From: a virus
Virus record (IMG/VR): IMGVR_UViG_3300020203_000404
Coordinates: 87,811 to 151,810 of that record
Direction: 5' to 3' (one strand)
DNA: 64,000 bases
Shown: positions 10,288 through 20,493 of the stretch, piece after piece
How positions within the stretch are numbered: position 1 is the first letter of the stretch
How the letters are laid out: each line of letters begins with the position of its first letter
Notes under the pieces: model-generated
What the model was told of the DNA's origin: nothing
Databases searched by the model: none
What the model saw: the letters and a program-made list of their open reading frames with translations, nothing else
Program-made: the position numbers and the translations under genes

Positions 10288-10974
10288 ATGAATGAGAATG
10301 AAAAGCCGCACGAGATCACTGAACGTGAGAAGCGTGCATGGCAAGAGGGTTCTAAGACCCGCAAACGTGATCGTCCTGCATTGACAATGCCACAGCGTAT
10401 TGAATTCTTGAAGATGGTTGCACAGCTTTCAAGTAATACAGCATTCGAAAGAAAGCTTGGATTGGGTGCTGCCGATGTTGACTTCTATAAAAAGGAGTTC
10501 AGTGTTGAAAATCAAGATGATGCTAGACGTTTGTATAAACGCCTAGAGATCGACATGATTGAAGGCAACGAAGAGCGTATTATTAGCGAGACAGGCAAAG
10601 CTCGTGACGCTGAGGCTACTGCTAATCTTAGACTGAAAGAGATTGAATTGCGTAAGACGATTGAGAAACGTGAAAAGACCGTTGGCACGCCGAACGGCAA
10701 TGCGATTCGTGCTGAGGATGCCGAACGTCAACAACGTTTCCAGCAAGAGCAAGACGCTCAAATGACAGAAGCTCTTGGCAATGGCGAACCTTGGTTTTTG
10801 CCACTTGAGGGCTCTGAATCCGATAGACGTGGCATGACCGAACGTTTCCGTCGAGACGTTGAGAATTGTGGTTTGCAGTTTTGTGTCAATAAGTATCGGG
10901 CCAGTCCCCTTCAATTGAAAACAGAAGCGGCAAGACTCAAGCTTCGCATCAATTGGGATAGAGTCAAAAGATGA
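10288..10974 (+). CDS. Hypothetical coiled-coil protein
   Basis: 228-aa ORF with AGGAG RBS. Confidence 0.6.
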   Translation: MNENEKPHEITEREKRAWQEGSKTRKRDRPALTMPQRIEFLKMVAQLSSNTAFERKLGLGAADVDFYKKEFSVENQDDARRLYKRLEIDMIEGNEERIISETGKARDAEATANLRLKEIELRKTIEKREKTVGTPNGNAIRAEDAERQQRFQQEQDAQMTEALGNGEPWFLPLEGSESDRRGMTERFRRDVENCGLQFCVNKYRASPLQLKTEAARLKLRINWDRVKR

Positions 10975-10984
10975 ACCGCAAACT

Positions 10985-11704
10985 ATGAAATTGACGCATC
11001 AAAGTTTGCAACAACTCTACGACACTATGTCGTTGGATGAAATGGCTATTCATGTAGGCATGTCAAAGTCTACCCTGTATTATCATATGAAAAAGTTGGG
11101 CGTCGCCCGTAGAAGTAAGAGTGACGCTCAACGTAAACACATTGAGACTACTGGTCATCAGAGAACTGGCAGTCATCATACGGGCGAGGCTCGCGAAAAG
11201 ATATCGACGGGCACGAAAGAGTTTTGGGAGTCCGATAGAGGTAAAGATCAGAAGGCTGCGTTATGTAAATTACGTCGCCAAGAATGGGCGGATAGCACAA
11301 GTAAGAAGCGTAGTGCCGTACTGGCACGCCTTCAAGATGCTCACAGGCCGGAGCCAGGCGAGCTTTCGAACTTTGGAAGGAAGTTGTCCACGTTCCTTGC
11401 AAGCAGGGAACGTGTTTCTACAGGAATCCGACTGACGAACGATCACGTCTCTGACATAATATTAGAGGACAGGAAGGTGGTCGTAGAGCTTATCTTCCCG
11501 ATTAGTATCTATGGAGAACAACAACAACATCGACTCGAAGAACGGTACGCACGCCTCACACAGCATTTGAATGCCGCAGGCTATCGCGTTATGATCATCG
11601 AGGACAAGTCCAATTCTGTATCGCAAGCTCGCTGTCAGCGGGTATATGATCAACTCTGTCTCTTTTTTCAAGAGACGCAACAGGCCAAGACAATCATTTC
11701 ATGA
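10985..11704 (+). CDS. HTH + putative DUF559/Vsr-like endonuclease domain protein
   Basis: N-terminal HTH (SLDEMAIHVGMSKSTLY); C-terminal SDII..KVVVEL...AGYRVMII. Confidence 0.5.
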   Translation: MKLTHQSLQQLYDTMSLDEMAIHVGMSKSTLYYHMKKLGVARRSKSDAQRKHIETTGHQRTGSHHTGEAREKISTGTKEFWESDRGKDQKAALCKLRRQEWADSTSKKRSAVLARLQDAHRPEPGELSNFGRKLSTFLASRERVSTGIRLTNDHVSDIILEDRKVVVELIFPISIYGEQQQHRLEERYARLTQHLNAAGYRVMIIEDKSNSVSQARCQRVYDQLCLFFQETQQAKTIIS

Positions 11705-12408
11705 CTATCACACCCAAGCTACCCCGATACGGCACTAACTGGGAAGACCAACTTCAACCTGCCGACATTGGTGCTCGAAAAGAAGAGAATAGGGAGATGC
11801 GAGTTGTATACTTGCGTGGTCTACAACGTCTCGCTCAAGACGCTGGCATGATTCGCAGTGAATGTAGACTCAACTTCATCACAAAGGACCAGACCGGATC
11901 AGTTGGCATCATGCAGGCTGTGTATACGGTTGAGTTTTCTGATGGTACTTGGTGGGTTGGAGCGGCTGACTGTAACTCGGCGAATACGTCAGAGAAGTAC
12001 ATGAAGTATCCAACGGCGGTGGCCGAGTCTCGTGCGGAAGCTCGTTGTCTTCGCAAGGCCCTGAACATTGGTATCCTGTCGTCGGAAGAGGTTGGCTTTA
12101 CTGATGGCGGTGCGATTGAACAAATTGCGGCCTCATCGAATAAGAAAGTTGATACACAGGTTGTGAAGGCTATTGAAAAGCTTTGTGAGTCTCGTGGCGT
12201 TACGAACGCCGAAGTGCTCGAAGCTATTCTTAGTAAAGGTCGCAATAGCTCTGTCTTTGAGCTTGGCGAATTGACGGTTGACGAAGGTCAGAAAGCCATG
12301 GGATGGCTAAACGAACAGAAACCGAAGGCGGTCAAGTTGACCGCCACCCAAGAACGTGACGCCCGCAAGAAGGAATTGCGAGCACAGACAGATAAGGATA
12401 ATTCATGA
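11701..12408 (+). CDS. Putative ssDNA-annealing/recombination protein (Rad52/Sak-like)
   Basis: AVAESRAEARCLRKALNIG..SSEE motif. Confidence 0.55.
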   Translation: MTITPKLPRYGTNWEDQLQPADIGARKEENREMRVVYLRGLQRLAQDAGMIRSECRLNFITKDQTGSVGIMQAVYTVEFSDGTWWVGAADCNSANTSEKYMKYPTAVAESRAEARCLRKALNIGILSSEEVGFTDGGAIEQIAASSNKKVDTQVVKAIEKLCESRGVTNAEVLEAILSKGRNSSVFELGELTVDEGQKAMGWLNEQKPKAVKLTATQERDARKKELRAQTDKDNS

Positions 12409-12746
12409 AGATTACATATACAAGCAAGAGTGGTCGTCTCGCCGCAGAGTTTGACGAGAAGTCCCAAAAAGATCTCTTCCGACAGATTTCTACATTTCAA
12501 GAAGTCTTTGAAGAGACGAAGTGTGGCGTCTGCGGTAACGAAGATTTGCGTTTTGTTGTCCGCAACATTAAGGACAACGATTTTTATGAACTCCACTGCT
12601 TGAGCATTCCTTGCAAGTCTCGCTTGGCGTTTGGACAGCACAAGAAGGGTGAAACGCTGTTCCCGAGTCGCAAGGACGACGAAGGTAAGTGGCTACGTAA
12701 CAACGGTTGGATTAAGTGGAACCCTGATACGAAGAAGGAAGAGTGA
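12405..12746 (+). CDS. Hypothetical zinc-binding phage protein
   Basis: CGVC...CLSIPC; overlaps both neighbours by a few bases. Confidence 0.6.
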   Translation: MKITYTSKSGRLAAEFDEKSQKDLFRQISTFQEVFEETKCGVCGNEDLRFVVRNIKDNDFYELHCLSIPCKSRLAFGQHKKGETLFPSRKDDEGKWLRNNGWIKWNPDTKKEE

Positions 12747-13126
12747 TGAATACATTCCGCCTTACTTTTCAAGAGTATCAAAAGCTTGCCGCCGCTACCG
12801 CAGTTTATCCTTTTGTTGGGGTCAGTCCAAATAGTGTTGGTGGGACCGCACATTGTGAAAACTACATTTATCCTGCTCTTGGATTATGTGGAGAGGCTGG
12901 TGAAGTAGCTGAAAAAATCAAGAAGATTATTCGTGATAAAGATGGTGCAGTATCAATAGAAGATAAGATGGCTATCGCCAAAGAGCTTGGCGACGTTATG
13001 TGGTATCTTGCCGCCCTATGCAAAGAACTTGATCTTGATATGGGTGAAGTCGCTCAATGCAATCTTGACAAGCTTGCTGCTCGTGCATCAAAAGGAACTC
13101 TTGGTGGAAGCGGTGATAGCAGATGA
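12743..13126 (+). CDS. mazG: MazG-like nucleotide pyrophosphohydrolase
   Basis: LGLCGEAGEVAEKIKK..ELGDVMWY..GSGD. Confidence 0.9.
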   Translation: MMNTFRLTFQEYQKLAAATAVYPFVGVSPNSVGGTAHCENYIYPALGLCGEAGEVAEKIKKIIRDKDGAVSIEDKMAIAKELGDVMWYLAALCKELDLDMGEVAQCNLDKLAARASKGTLGGSGDSR

Positions 13127-13416
13127 GACGCATTGGTGATGGACCTCCTGTAGACAAGAAGATGTTTACGTGCCCGCAATGCTTGCAGACACGTATGACC
13201 CGTCCATTGGATCATACAGTGTCTCGTGATAAACAAGAATTCAAGACGAAAGACGGTTCGTCTATTTTGTTAATGACTGACACTTGCGACGCTTGCGTCG
13301 CAAGGAACTATCGTAGGTATTTTGAACCAACGAGAGCAGACATTCGTAAAGTTCTCAGGGCTATGAATGATGAGGCTCGGGCGTCGCCTGATGTATCGCT
13401 AGAAGAATTGCTGTAG
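13123..13416 (+). CDS. Hypothetical protein (two CxxC)
   Basis: CPQC, CDAC; operon-coupled. Confidence 0.55.
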   Translation: MRRIGDGPPVDKKMFTCPQCLQTRMTRPLDHTVSRDKQEFKTKDGSSILLMTDTCDACVARNYRRYFEPTRADIRKVLRAMNDEARASPDVSLEELL

Positions 13417-13417
13417 C

Positions 13418-14641
13418 ATGGTCAAACACGCAAATTTGTGGTTTGAATCGTGCCCAACCAAGCGTGAACTCACGTCTGGATTAATAAAGAATGTTGACAC
13501 GCTCATCATCGGTGGCGGACTCGCCGGGGTGAGCTTGCTTCATAATCTTGTCAATGGCGGCATGGTCAATACATATCTCGTTGAAGAAAACTCTGTTGGG
13601 TTTCATGGGTCCGGTCGTGGCATGGGACAGCTTATGCTACGCGGTAGCAAGCTCTTTCATGAAATGCCAGATGGTGAAGAGTATCTGAATTTCGTTAGCG
13701 ACAATAACTGTCGTTTCTTGAAAGGGTTACGAGCACTATCCTTTGATCATGACCTTCGTGAAACTGGTGGTCTAAGACTTGCTATGAACGATCAAGAGAT
13801 GGCGTTACTTGAACGTGAATCATGGTTTATTCAACAGGTGCGTAGGATCGACTGTCCAATTCTTTCGAGACGACAGTTAAATTTACTAGTACCAGCTAAA
13901 CATTTCGTAGGTGGTATGTTTATTCCTAATGAAGCTTCGTACAATCCATACAAAGTTGTGAATGGCTTGCGAGATACTGTTGAAAAAAACGGATCTCGTG
14001 TCTTTACTAACACTCAGGTAGAATCTGTACTTGCGAACGATGATGGAAGTTTAACCGTCTTAATTCGTCATCGTGGCACCATTCGAGCCAAACAAGTAGT
14101 GTATTGTCTTGGTGCATACACGAGTAGACTACTACCAGAATTTGCGGATGTGCTTATTCCATTTAGAGAGCAAGTAGTTGCTACCGATTATCTTGAAAAC
14201 GACGCCGCACAGACGCTCCCGGCTATGAGCATTTCATGCAATAATGGTCAGGAGCGATTTCGTCAGTACGCGAGTCGTTTCCTTATGGGAGGCATGCGAC
14301 AGTCTGTGCGAGGCCGACAAGAAGGTCTCGTATACGATGGAGAGATTAGTCCTGCGGTGTATGAAAAACTTCGTGTATTCGCCATCGAATCTTTTCCAGT
14401 CTTAAAACATTCTAAGTTCAGTCATGTCTGGTCAGGTGTTTTCTGTGGCACCAAAGATGATAAGCCATTGATTGGTCCGGTACCAAATCGCCCCAATCAA
14501 TACATGATGACTGGTTTCGGTTGTTATGATTCTAGCAACGCAATTCTCGGCAGTATGTTGATCAAGGATTACATTAAGCACAAGGACTCGGCTGGGCCGG
14601 GCCACCAAATTTTGCATCCAGGACGTTTTTTCCATGTTTGA
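13418..14641 (+). CDS. FAD-dependent oxidoreductase (DAO/PuuB-like)
   Basis: IIGGGLAG, GSGRGMG, WSG...TKDDKPLIG. Confidence 0.85.
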   Translation: MVKHANLWFESCPTKRELTSGLIKNVDTLIIGGGLAGVSLLHNLVNGGMVNTYLVEENSVGFHGSGRGMGQLMLRGSKLFHEMPDGEEYLNFVSDNNCRFLKGLRALSFDHDLRETGGLRLAMNDQEMALLERESWFIQQVRRIDCPILSRRQLNLLVPAKHFVGGMFIPNEASYNPYKVVNGLRDTVEKNGSRVFTNTQVESVLANDDGSLTVLIRHRGTIRAKQVVYCLGAYTSRLLPEFADVLIPFREQVVATDYLENDAAQTLPAMSISCNNGQERFRQYASRFLMGGMRQSVRGRQEGLVYDGEISPAVYEKLRVFAIESFPVLKHSKFSHVWSGVFCGTKDDKPLIGPVPNRPNQYMMTGFGCYDSSNAILGSMLIKDYIKHKDSAGPGHQILHPGRFFHV

Positions 14642-16595
14642 TATCGCCACACCTTCTTTCACACTCCCCGATTCGTTTGTAGCCAAGTACCGTGGTAAAC
14701 AGCCTCAATGGGGCAGCTTGGGTTATTTTACTTTTAAACGGACTTATGCCCGTGCCATTGAAAACGAAAGTCGTTCAGAGGAATACTGGGAGACGTGTCG
14801 TCGTGTAGTTGAAGGCACGTTCAGCATTCAGCGTAACCATTGCAAGCGTAATCATTTACCTTGGAATGAAGCAAAGGCTCAACGTACCGCTAAGCGTATG
14901 TTCGAGTTGATGTGGACGTTCAAGTTTCTTCCTCCGGGCCGTGGCCTGTGGGCGATGGGCACTAAATACGTTCAAGAGCGTGGTGGTGCGGCCCTCAACA
15001 ACTGTGCCTTCGTTAGCACGAAAGATCTCGCCACCGATCCTATTAAGCCATTCACGTTCATTATGGACATGAGTATGGTTGGTGTCGGTGTTGGCTTTGA
15101 TACGATGGGTGCTGGCAAACTCTTAGTGAAGGGCGTGACAGTCAATCAGGCTGAGCCGTTCGTTGTGCCAGATACTCGCGAAGGCTGGGTCGAAGCATTG
15201 CGACTTATGTTAGAGGCGTACATTCATGGCACGCCAGGACCGTGGTTTGACTTTAGTTTAGTTCGTCCAGAAGGATCGCCCATCAAGGGATTTGGCGGTA
15301 CTGCAAGTGGACCTCAACCATTGATTGAAATGTTGCAGGACATTCGCAAGGTGCTGGACGCAAAGACAGACCAGACGCTATCATCAGAAGATATCGTAGA
15401 CATCGGCAATCTCATTGGCCGTTGTGTTGTCGCGGGCAACGTTCGTCGCTCCGCAGAGATCGTATTCGGCGATCCAACCGACGAGACATTTGCCCTTTTA
15501 AAGCAAGACAAAGAGAAGCTAGCTCACCACAGATGGGCAAGTAACAACTCTATCTTCGCTACCGTAGGTATGGACTACGCTTGGCACGCTCGTCAGACAG
15601 CTACCAACGGCGAGCCGGGATATATGTGGCTTGACAATGCTCGTGCATACGGACGCATGAAGGATCCTGCCGACTGGGCAGATCGTGAAGCCGTTGGTGG
15701 TAACCCGTGCTTAGAGCAGACTCTCCATCAGTACGAACTCTGTACTCTTGTCGAAACGTTCCCGTCGAGACATGAAAGTCTCGACGAGTATGTGGAAACT
15801 CTCAAGATTGCATACCTGTACGCAAAGACCGTCACCCTGATTCCGACTCACTGGGCAGAGACGAACTCTGTGATGGCTAGAAACCGTCGTATCGGTTTGA
15901 GTCAGAGCGGCATCATCAAAGCGTTTGGACGACACGGTCGTCGTGAAGTATTGCGTTGGTGTGACAAGGGTTACGAATTCATCTCTGGGCTTGACATTCA
16001 GTATTCTAATTGGCTTGGTGTACCCAAGTCAATTAAGAAGACTTCCGTCAAGCCCAGTGGGACTATCAGCTTGCTTGCTGGTGAGCCGCCCGGCATTCAT
16101 TACCCGCACTCCGAGTATTACATCAGGCGAATCCGCGTTGGCACGTCTTCGCCTTTAGTTGAAGCTGCCCGCGTAGCTGGCTATAAGATTGAAGCCGCTG
16201 TTGGCCAAGAGGCGAACACGGTCTGTATTGAATTCCCTATCCACGAAGAGTTCTTTGTCCGTTCGAAGGACGACGTGTCGATCTGGGAGCAGGTTGCCAA
16301 TGCAGTTGCGTACCAACGTTACTGGGCTGATAACCAAGTGTCAATCACTGTGACTTTCAAGCCAGAAGAGCAGGAAGATATTCAGCACGTTCTTGAGCTA
16401 TATGAAGACTCGCTCAAAGGCATTTCGTTCTTGCCAATTTCAGAGCATGGCTACGTGCAAGCTCCGTATGAAACTATTACAAAAGAGCAGTATCTTGAAA
16501 TGTCAAAGGACTTGAAGGCCGTTATCTTTGACAATGTTTCAGAGGGTGATGTAGTAGCTCCTAAGTTTTGTGATGGTTCATCTTGTGAAATCTAG
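14634..16595 (+). CDS. nrdJ: Class II (adenosylcobalamin) ribonucleotide reductase, monomeric type
   Basis: PPGRGLW, NNCAF, GNVRRSA, NPCLEQ..ELCTL, VKPSGT, C-terminal CDGSSCEI. Confidence 0.93.
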   Translation: MFDIATPSFTLPDSFVAKYRGKQPQWGSLGYFTFKRTYARAIENESRSEEYWETCRRVVEGTFSIQRNHCKRNHLPWNEAKAQRTAKRMFELMWTFKFLPPGRGLWAMGTKYVQERGGAALNNCAFVSTKDLATDPIKPFTFIMDMSMVGVGVGFDTMGAGKLLVKGVTVNQAEPFVVPDTREGWVEALRLMLEAYIHGTPGPWFDFSLVRPEGSPIKGFGGTASGPQPLIEMLQDIRKVLDAKTDQTLSSEDIVDIGNLIGRCVVAGNVRRSAEIVFGDPTDETFALLKQDKEKLAHHRWASNNSIFATVGMDYAWHARQTATNGEPGYMWLDNARAYGRMKDPADWADREAVGGNPCLEQTLHQYELCTLVETFPSRHESLDEYVETLKIAYLYAKTVTLIPTHWAETNSVMARNRRIGLSQSGIIKAFGRHGRREVLRWCDKGYEFISGLDIQYSNWLGVPKSIKKTSVKPSGTISLLAGEPPGIHYPHSEYYIRRIRVGTSSPLVEAARVAGYKIEAAVGQEANTVCIEFPIHEEFFVRSKDDVSIWEQVANAVAYQRYWADNQVSITVTFKPEEQEDIQHVLELYEDSLKGISFLPISEHGYVQAPYETITKEQYLEMSKDLKAVIFDNVSEGDVVAPKFCDGSSCEI

Positions 16596-16629
16596 TAGAC
16601 ATGAGACTGATCTTGGTCATAATATAGAC

Positions 16630-16902
16630 ATGCAGAACACACAAAAGTACGTTATGATCTTCGCTAGGGACGAGCAGGGTAACGAAATCAAATATCGTTT
16701 CATGCTTTCCATTAGTAAGTCAATTAAGTCAGTCGAAGCGAAGTTTATTAAGGCCGTGATGGACACCGATGGAGTCGATCGTGTTGAGCTTAATGGTCGA
16801 TACACGGCTGAGGTGGTGATCGCTCGTGCCTTTGATGCCGAAGAGGTATTAAAAGTACTCGCATCCAAGCTCGATGAAGTACTCAGCGACATCATTGTAT
16901 GA
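16630..16902 (+). CDS. Hypothetical protein
   Basis: ORF between nrdJ and thyX, overlapping the thyX start. Confidence 0.55.
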   Translation: MQNTQKYVMIFARDEQGNEIKYRFMLSISKSIKSVEAKFIKAVMDTDGVDRVELNGRYTAEVVIARAFDAEEVLKVLASKLDEVLSDIIV

Positions 16903-17528
16903 CTCAGCACACTAACGTAGTAGAACTGATCGGACATTATGGTGGTGACGAGTCACATGCTCTGTCTGCGTGGACTAGTACAAGCCGCGATCTTACAGAC
17001 GAGAAGCGTGGGCGTATGGGTCGTCTACTTGAATCTCTTGCTAAGGCAGGTCATCACACACCATTTGAAAAAAGTCAATTGCATTTTCTTGTCACTTGTG
17101 ATACCGCAAGTCACATTCATATCATTAAGCATCGCATCGGTGTTAGTGTGAATGCCGAATCTGCTCGTTACAAGGAACTCAAAGAAGACAAATATTATCT
17201 GCCACAAGACTGGTCTCAAGAATCACGAGATGATCTTGAGTGTAACATAAAGAAATGCTATGTGGAATACCACCGTTATGTGCGTGAGCTTGAAAAACAA
17301 GGCATTGACAAAAAACGTGCTAAAGAATCCGCACGCTTCATTCTTCCTTACGCTAATCAGTTGGTGCTTGATGTGAGTTTTAACTTTCGTTCCTTTATGC
17401 ACTTCCAAGGACTGAGAAATAACGAACATGCTCAGCTAGAGATTCGGACAATCGCTCAACAAATGTTGCGTTTAGTTAAAGACACTGGTCAGTTTGACAT
17501 GTCATTGAAGGCATTTGAATATGCTTAA
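16899..17528 (+). CDS. thyX: Flavin-dependent thymidylate synthase
   Basis: HHTPFE, KHRIGVSVNAESARY, AQLEIR. Confidence 0.93.
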   Translation: MTQHTNVVELIGHYGGDESHALSAWTSTSRDLTDEKRGRMGRLLESLAKAGHHTPFEKSQLHFLVTCDTASHIHIIKHRIGVSVNAESARYKELKEDKYYLPQDWSQESRDDLECNIKKCYVEYHRYVRELEKQGIDKKRAKESARFILPYANQLVLDVSFNFRSFMHFQGLRNNEHAQLEIRTIAQQMLRLVKDTGQFDMSLKAFEYA

Positions 17529-17555
17529 CTTATTGTCTAATTGACGTTCTTTCAA

Positions 17556-17574
17556 GACCCGCTAAAAGCGGGCC
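17556..17574 (+). terminator. Hairpin after thyX
   Basis: CCCGC-TAAAA-GCGGG stem. Confidence 0.5.
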
Positions 17575-17631
17575 TTAGTGTATTCATCTAAGGTCGGGTA
17601 TCGTTTTTGTACCTTTTCAAGGAAGTTCAGT

Positions 17632-18078
17632 ATGACCTCAATAGTAGCATCAATCGTAGGCAGTGGAACATTGCCTTTTACTCGTGCAATTCTTCCACCT
17701 TCTCAGCGTGGCACTCAACTTGGTTCCGAGGGTGTTCGCACCGGAATGCAGGTAATGATTGGCAACCCCGAAGACATGACTTCGGTTGATGCCTTTGCCG
17801 TCTCTGGTGTGTCGCTGGCGGGAACTCCTGTGCGAATCTGGGGACCGGGCATTAGCTCGTTACCTAGACAGCGAGAAGTGATGATTAAAAATCAAGGACC
17901 GGGCTCTGTTTACATTGGCCCAAACTCAACTGCTGTCATTGCACCCAGTGGTTTCCAGATCAATCCACCTACGGCGAACAACACGTTCAACGAAGTAAAG
18001 CTTCCATTCTTGTGTAACGTAGACATTTGGGCCAGAGCAGATGGTGCCGGTGCGTCGGTAACTATTATCGCTTACTGA
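17632..18078 (+). CDS. Putative virion structural protein
   Basis: beta-rich, G/S/T/P-rich; IKNQGPGSVYIG resembles the next gene. Confidence 0.5.
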   Translation: MTSIVASIVGSGTLPFTRAILPPSQRGTQLGSEGVRTGMQVMIGNPEDMTSVDAFAVSGVSLAGTPVRIWGPGISSLPRQREVMIKNQGPGSVYIGPNSTAVIAPSGFQINPPTANNTFNEVKLPFLCNVDIWARADGAGASVTIIAY

Positions 18079-18105
18079 TGACACAATCCCTTTAAAGGGG
18101 AGCCC

Positions 18106-18540
18106 ATGTCCTTAGAATACAGCACAATTATTGGCTCAGGTACAACTCCTCACCTAGCACCGTCGCCGGTCTATAACTTTCCAGATGGTACGTTTCCGAT
18201 TCCTGATCAACGCACGGACCTTCGTGCCCGTCGTGGCGAAGGTACCGTCATTCTCAATCCCGAGAACTTCTCGGTGTCGATTGGATTGCGTCAGCAGGCC
18301 ATATCTGTTTCAAGCGAAATAGCACTGCCACTAAACCCCCTAGAGAATAGACGTGCTCTTGTTTTGCACAACGCTGGTCCAGGTATACTGTATATCGGAT
18401 TATCTGGTGTCACTACTATTGATGGTTTCCCAATTGCTGTAAATGAAAAGATAGCAATTGACTGCCAGGGAACCACGAACGTAACCCTTTACGGCGTCTC
18501 TGACTCGACTTGCGATGTCAGAGTTCTTGAGTTTGCGTAA
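18106..18540 (+). CDS. Putative virion structural protein (paralog of the preceding gene)
   Basis: LHNAGPGILYIG..GFPI. Confidence 0.5.
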   Translation: MSLEYSTIIGSGTTPHLAPSPVYNFPDGTFPIPDQRTDLRARRGEGTVILNPENFSVSIGLRQQAISVSSEIALPLNPLENRRALVLHNAGPGILYIGLSGVTTIDGFPIAVNEKIAIDCQGTTNVTLYGVSDSTCDVRVLEFA

Positions 18541-18932
18541 TGGTCAGCATAGGAGGCATTGTCAGCCTTGGCGGGGGCACAAGCGGTGGGGGCGGCGGGT
18601 CTACATCCGGCATCCAGTCTATCAACGGCCAGACTGGCCCGACTGTTTCATTCACTGGCGTCAACGGCATTGTAGTTGCCGCTGGCGGCAACCAGATTGT
18701 TATCGACGGTGCGGGTGCATCAGGCGTAACGAGCAAGTTCGCACATTCCTTTTCTTCTATTTCAAGTGGATTGTTTACGCATGGATTAGGTACTTTGGAT
18801 GTACTTGTTCAGGTGTACGATAATGGCTCCCCTAGACGTGCCATGATGCCTGACGATATCATTATTGAGAATACTACACAAGTATCACTAATCTTCAATA
18901 CTCCACAATCTGGACGTATTGTGATTGTTTAG
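18540..18932 (+). CDS. Tail/fiber-associated protein
   Basis: SINGQTG motif; HGLGTLDVLVQVYD domain. Confidence 0.6.
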   Translation: MVSIGGIVSLGGGTSGGGGGSTSGIQSINGQTGPTVSFTGVNGIVVAAGGNQIVIDGAGASGVTSKFAHSFSSISSGLFTHGLGTLDVLVQVYDNGSPRRAMMPDDIIIENTTQVSLIFNTPQSGRIVIV

Positions 18933-18956
18933 TGTAATCATATTTGGAGGAACATC

Positions 18957-19727
18957 ATGGTAAGACTAAATGGCGATCTCATTCCCGGTAGTAGTGGTCA
19001 AGCACACTTGGGCGTGAACGGTGGCGTAGGCGATGCATTTGATATAACCACGCTAACGCCGTTTGGTCGTATTCATATGAACTCTGGCGTCTGGCACGAT
19101 CCTATGACGGGTCAATCAGGCGTCCTTAGATATAGCCAAGCCGCAAGTGCGTTTCAGATCTCTATTGATGGAGGTCGTACGTTCAATAACTTGGTTACAA
19201 GTGCCGGAACTGTTACATCCGTTGGTGTAATTGGTGGTGCTAATCTTACTGGCAATATCGACCTAGCGACCCAAGCGAGCGGCTTCCTTGCTATCTTTGA
19301 CACTGCTGGTGCAAGCCCAATCAATTTTGCCGTTGATCATCTAGGTCTATCTGGCCTGTGGAGATTCCCACCACAAGGCTTCAATGGATCTGTTGTTAAT
19401 GAATTGACTGACTTCAATGGTACAAAAGTTCAAGGATCGGTAAGTGTTGTTGGTGCCTCTGGTGTCGTTGTTGATATTATTGGTCAAGTAATAACGATCA
19501 CCGCCGGTAATACACTACTGCGAGCATTTGCCCAAACTTTTGGTGCATTTGTAACTTGGACCGTCATTCACAATCTTGGTACGACAGATGTATCTGTAGA
19601 TGTTTATGATGCAAGTTCTCCACGTCTATCAATTATTCCCGATGCGATTGCAATTACAGATAGCAATACTGTTACTGTGACTTTTAACACCGCTCAAGCT
19701 GGCAGAGTTGTAATTTCAGGATTCTAA
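18957..19727 (+). CDS. Tail fiber-like protein
   Basis: Gly-rich; C-terminal HNLGTTDVSVDVYD domain shared with the previous gene. Confidence 0.6.
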   Translation: MVRLNGDLIPGSSGQAHLGVNGGVGDAFDITTLTPFGRIHMNSGVWHDPMTGQSGVLRYSQAASAFQISIDGGRTFNNLVTSAGTVTSVGVIGGANLTGNIDLATQASGFLAIFDTAGASPINFAVDHLGLSGLWRFPPQGFNGSVVNELTDFNGTKVQGSVSVVGASGVVVDIIGQVITITAGNTLLRAFAQTFGAFVTWTVIHNLGTTDVSVDVYDASSPRLSIIPDAIAITDSNTVTVTFNTAQAGRVVISGF

Positions 19728-19728
19728 T

Positions 19729-20427
19729 ATGGTAAGTTTACATCTTTTGTTGCGTGGAGACATGATGCCATTAAGTGGCATCAAAGCTTCCATTGGTCGT
19801 AATACATATGATGGTGCCGCCCCGACTGTGCCAGTGAATGACGTGCATTTACGTTCTCTTAATCTATATGATGGCGGTTCATCTGGCGTTCTTACTTACA
19901 ATAATGGTAATAGACGTTTAGATCTAAATCGTAACAATGGGGCTGTAAGACCAATTGTTACGGCGATCGTAGTACAAATTTATGACGCTGATGGCACTGG
20001 TACACATGTATTTGGTAGCGGCGGCACACCAGTTATTATGTCCACAACACAAGTTAATACTCATGTGAATCTTTTTCTTCTTGGTGGTGCTGGTTCTGAG
20101 ATTGGCGTTAAGGAAGACGGAACTTATGAATTGGAATGGCGTGTAACGGCACAAGATGATGGTGGATGGGGTCGTGACGCTAGCATAAGTATTTGGCTTG
20201 AAGAAGATAATGGTGGTGGTTTTACTGAAGTTGCTGGAACACGCTCTTTCGCTTCAATGGGGATAGACGGAAACGGTACTGTATGGCCAGCCACAGCCAA
20301 TGGTTTTCATATTATGCCCATTTTTGATAGTTATGTTTATAGAATCATGGTTGATGATTTGACTGGCGGCTCTACTGGTGCTCAAGTTCAATATGGATCA
20401 TCTTTTATGATGAAGAAAATATATTGA
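19729..20427 (+). CDS. Tail fiber/receptor-binding-like protein
   Basis: C-terminal beta-sandwich-like segment (DGTYELEW). Confidence 0.5.
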   Translation: MVSLHLLLRGDMMPLSGIKASIGRNTYDGAAPTVPVNDVHLRSLNLYDGGSSGVLTYNNGNRRLDLNRNNGAVRPIVTAIVVQIYDADGTGTHVFGSGGTPVIMSTTQVNTHVNLFLLGGAGSEIGVKEDGTYELEWRVTAQDDGGWGRDASISIWLEEDNGGGFTEVAGTRSFASMGIDGNGTVWPATANGFHIMPIFDSYVYRIMVDDLTGGSTGAQVQYGSSFMMKKIY

Positions 20428-20493
20428 AATGAAAATGGCAATAATAATTACTGGTGTTGGTGCATCACAACTACTTATAAAGAGACTTAAATA

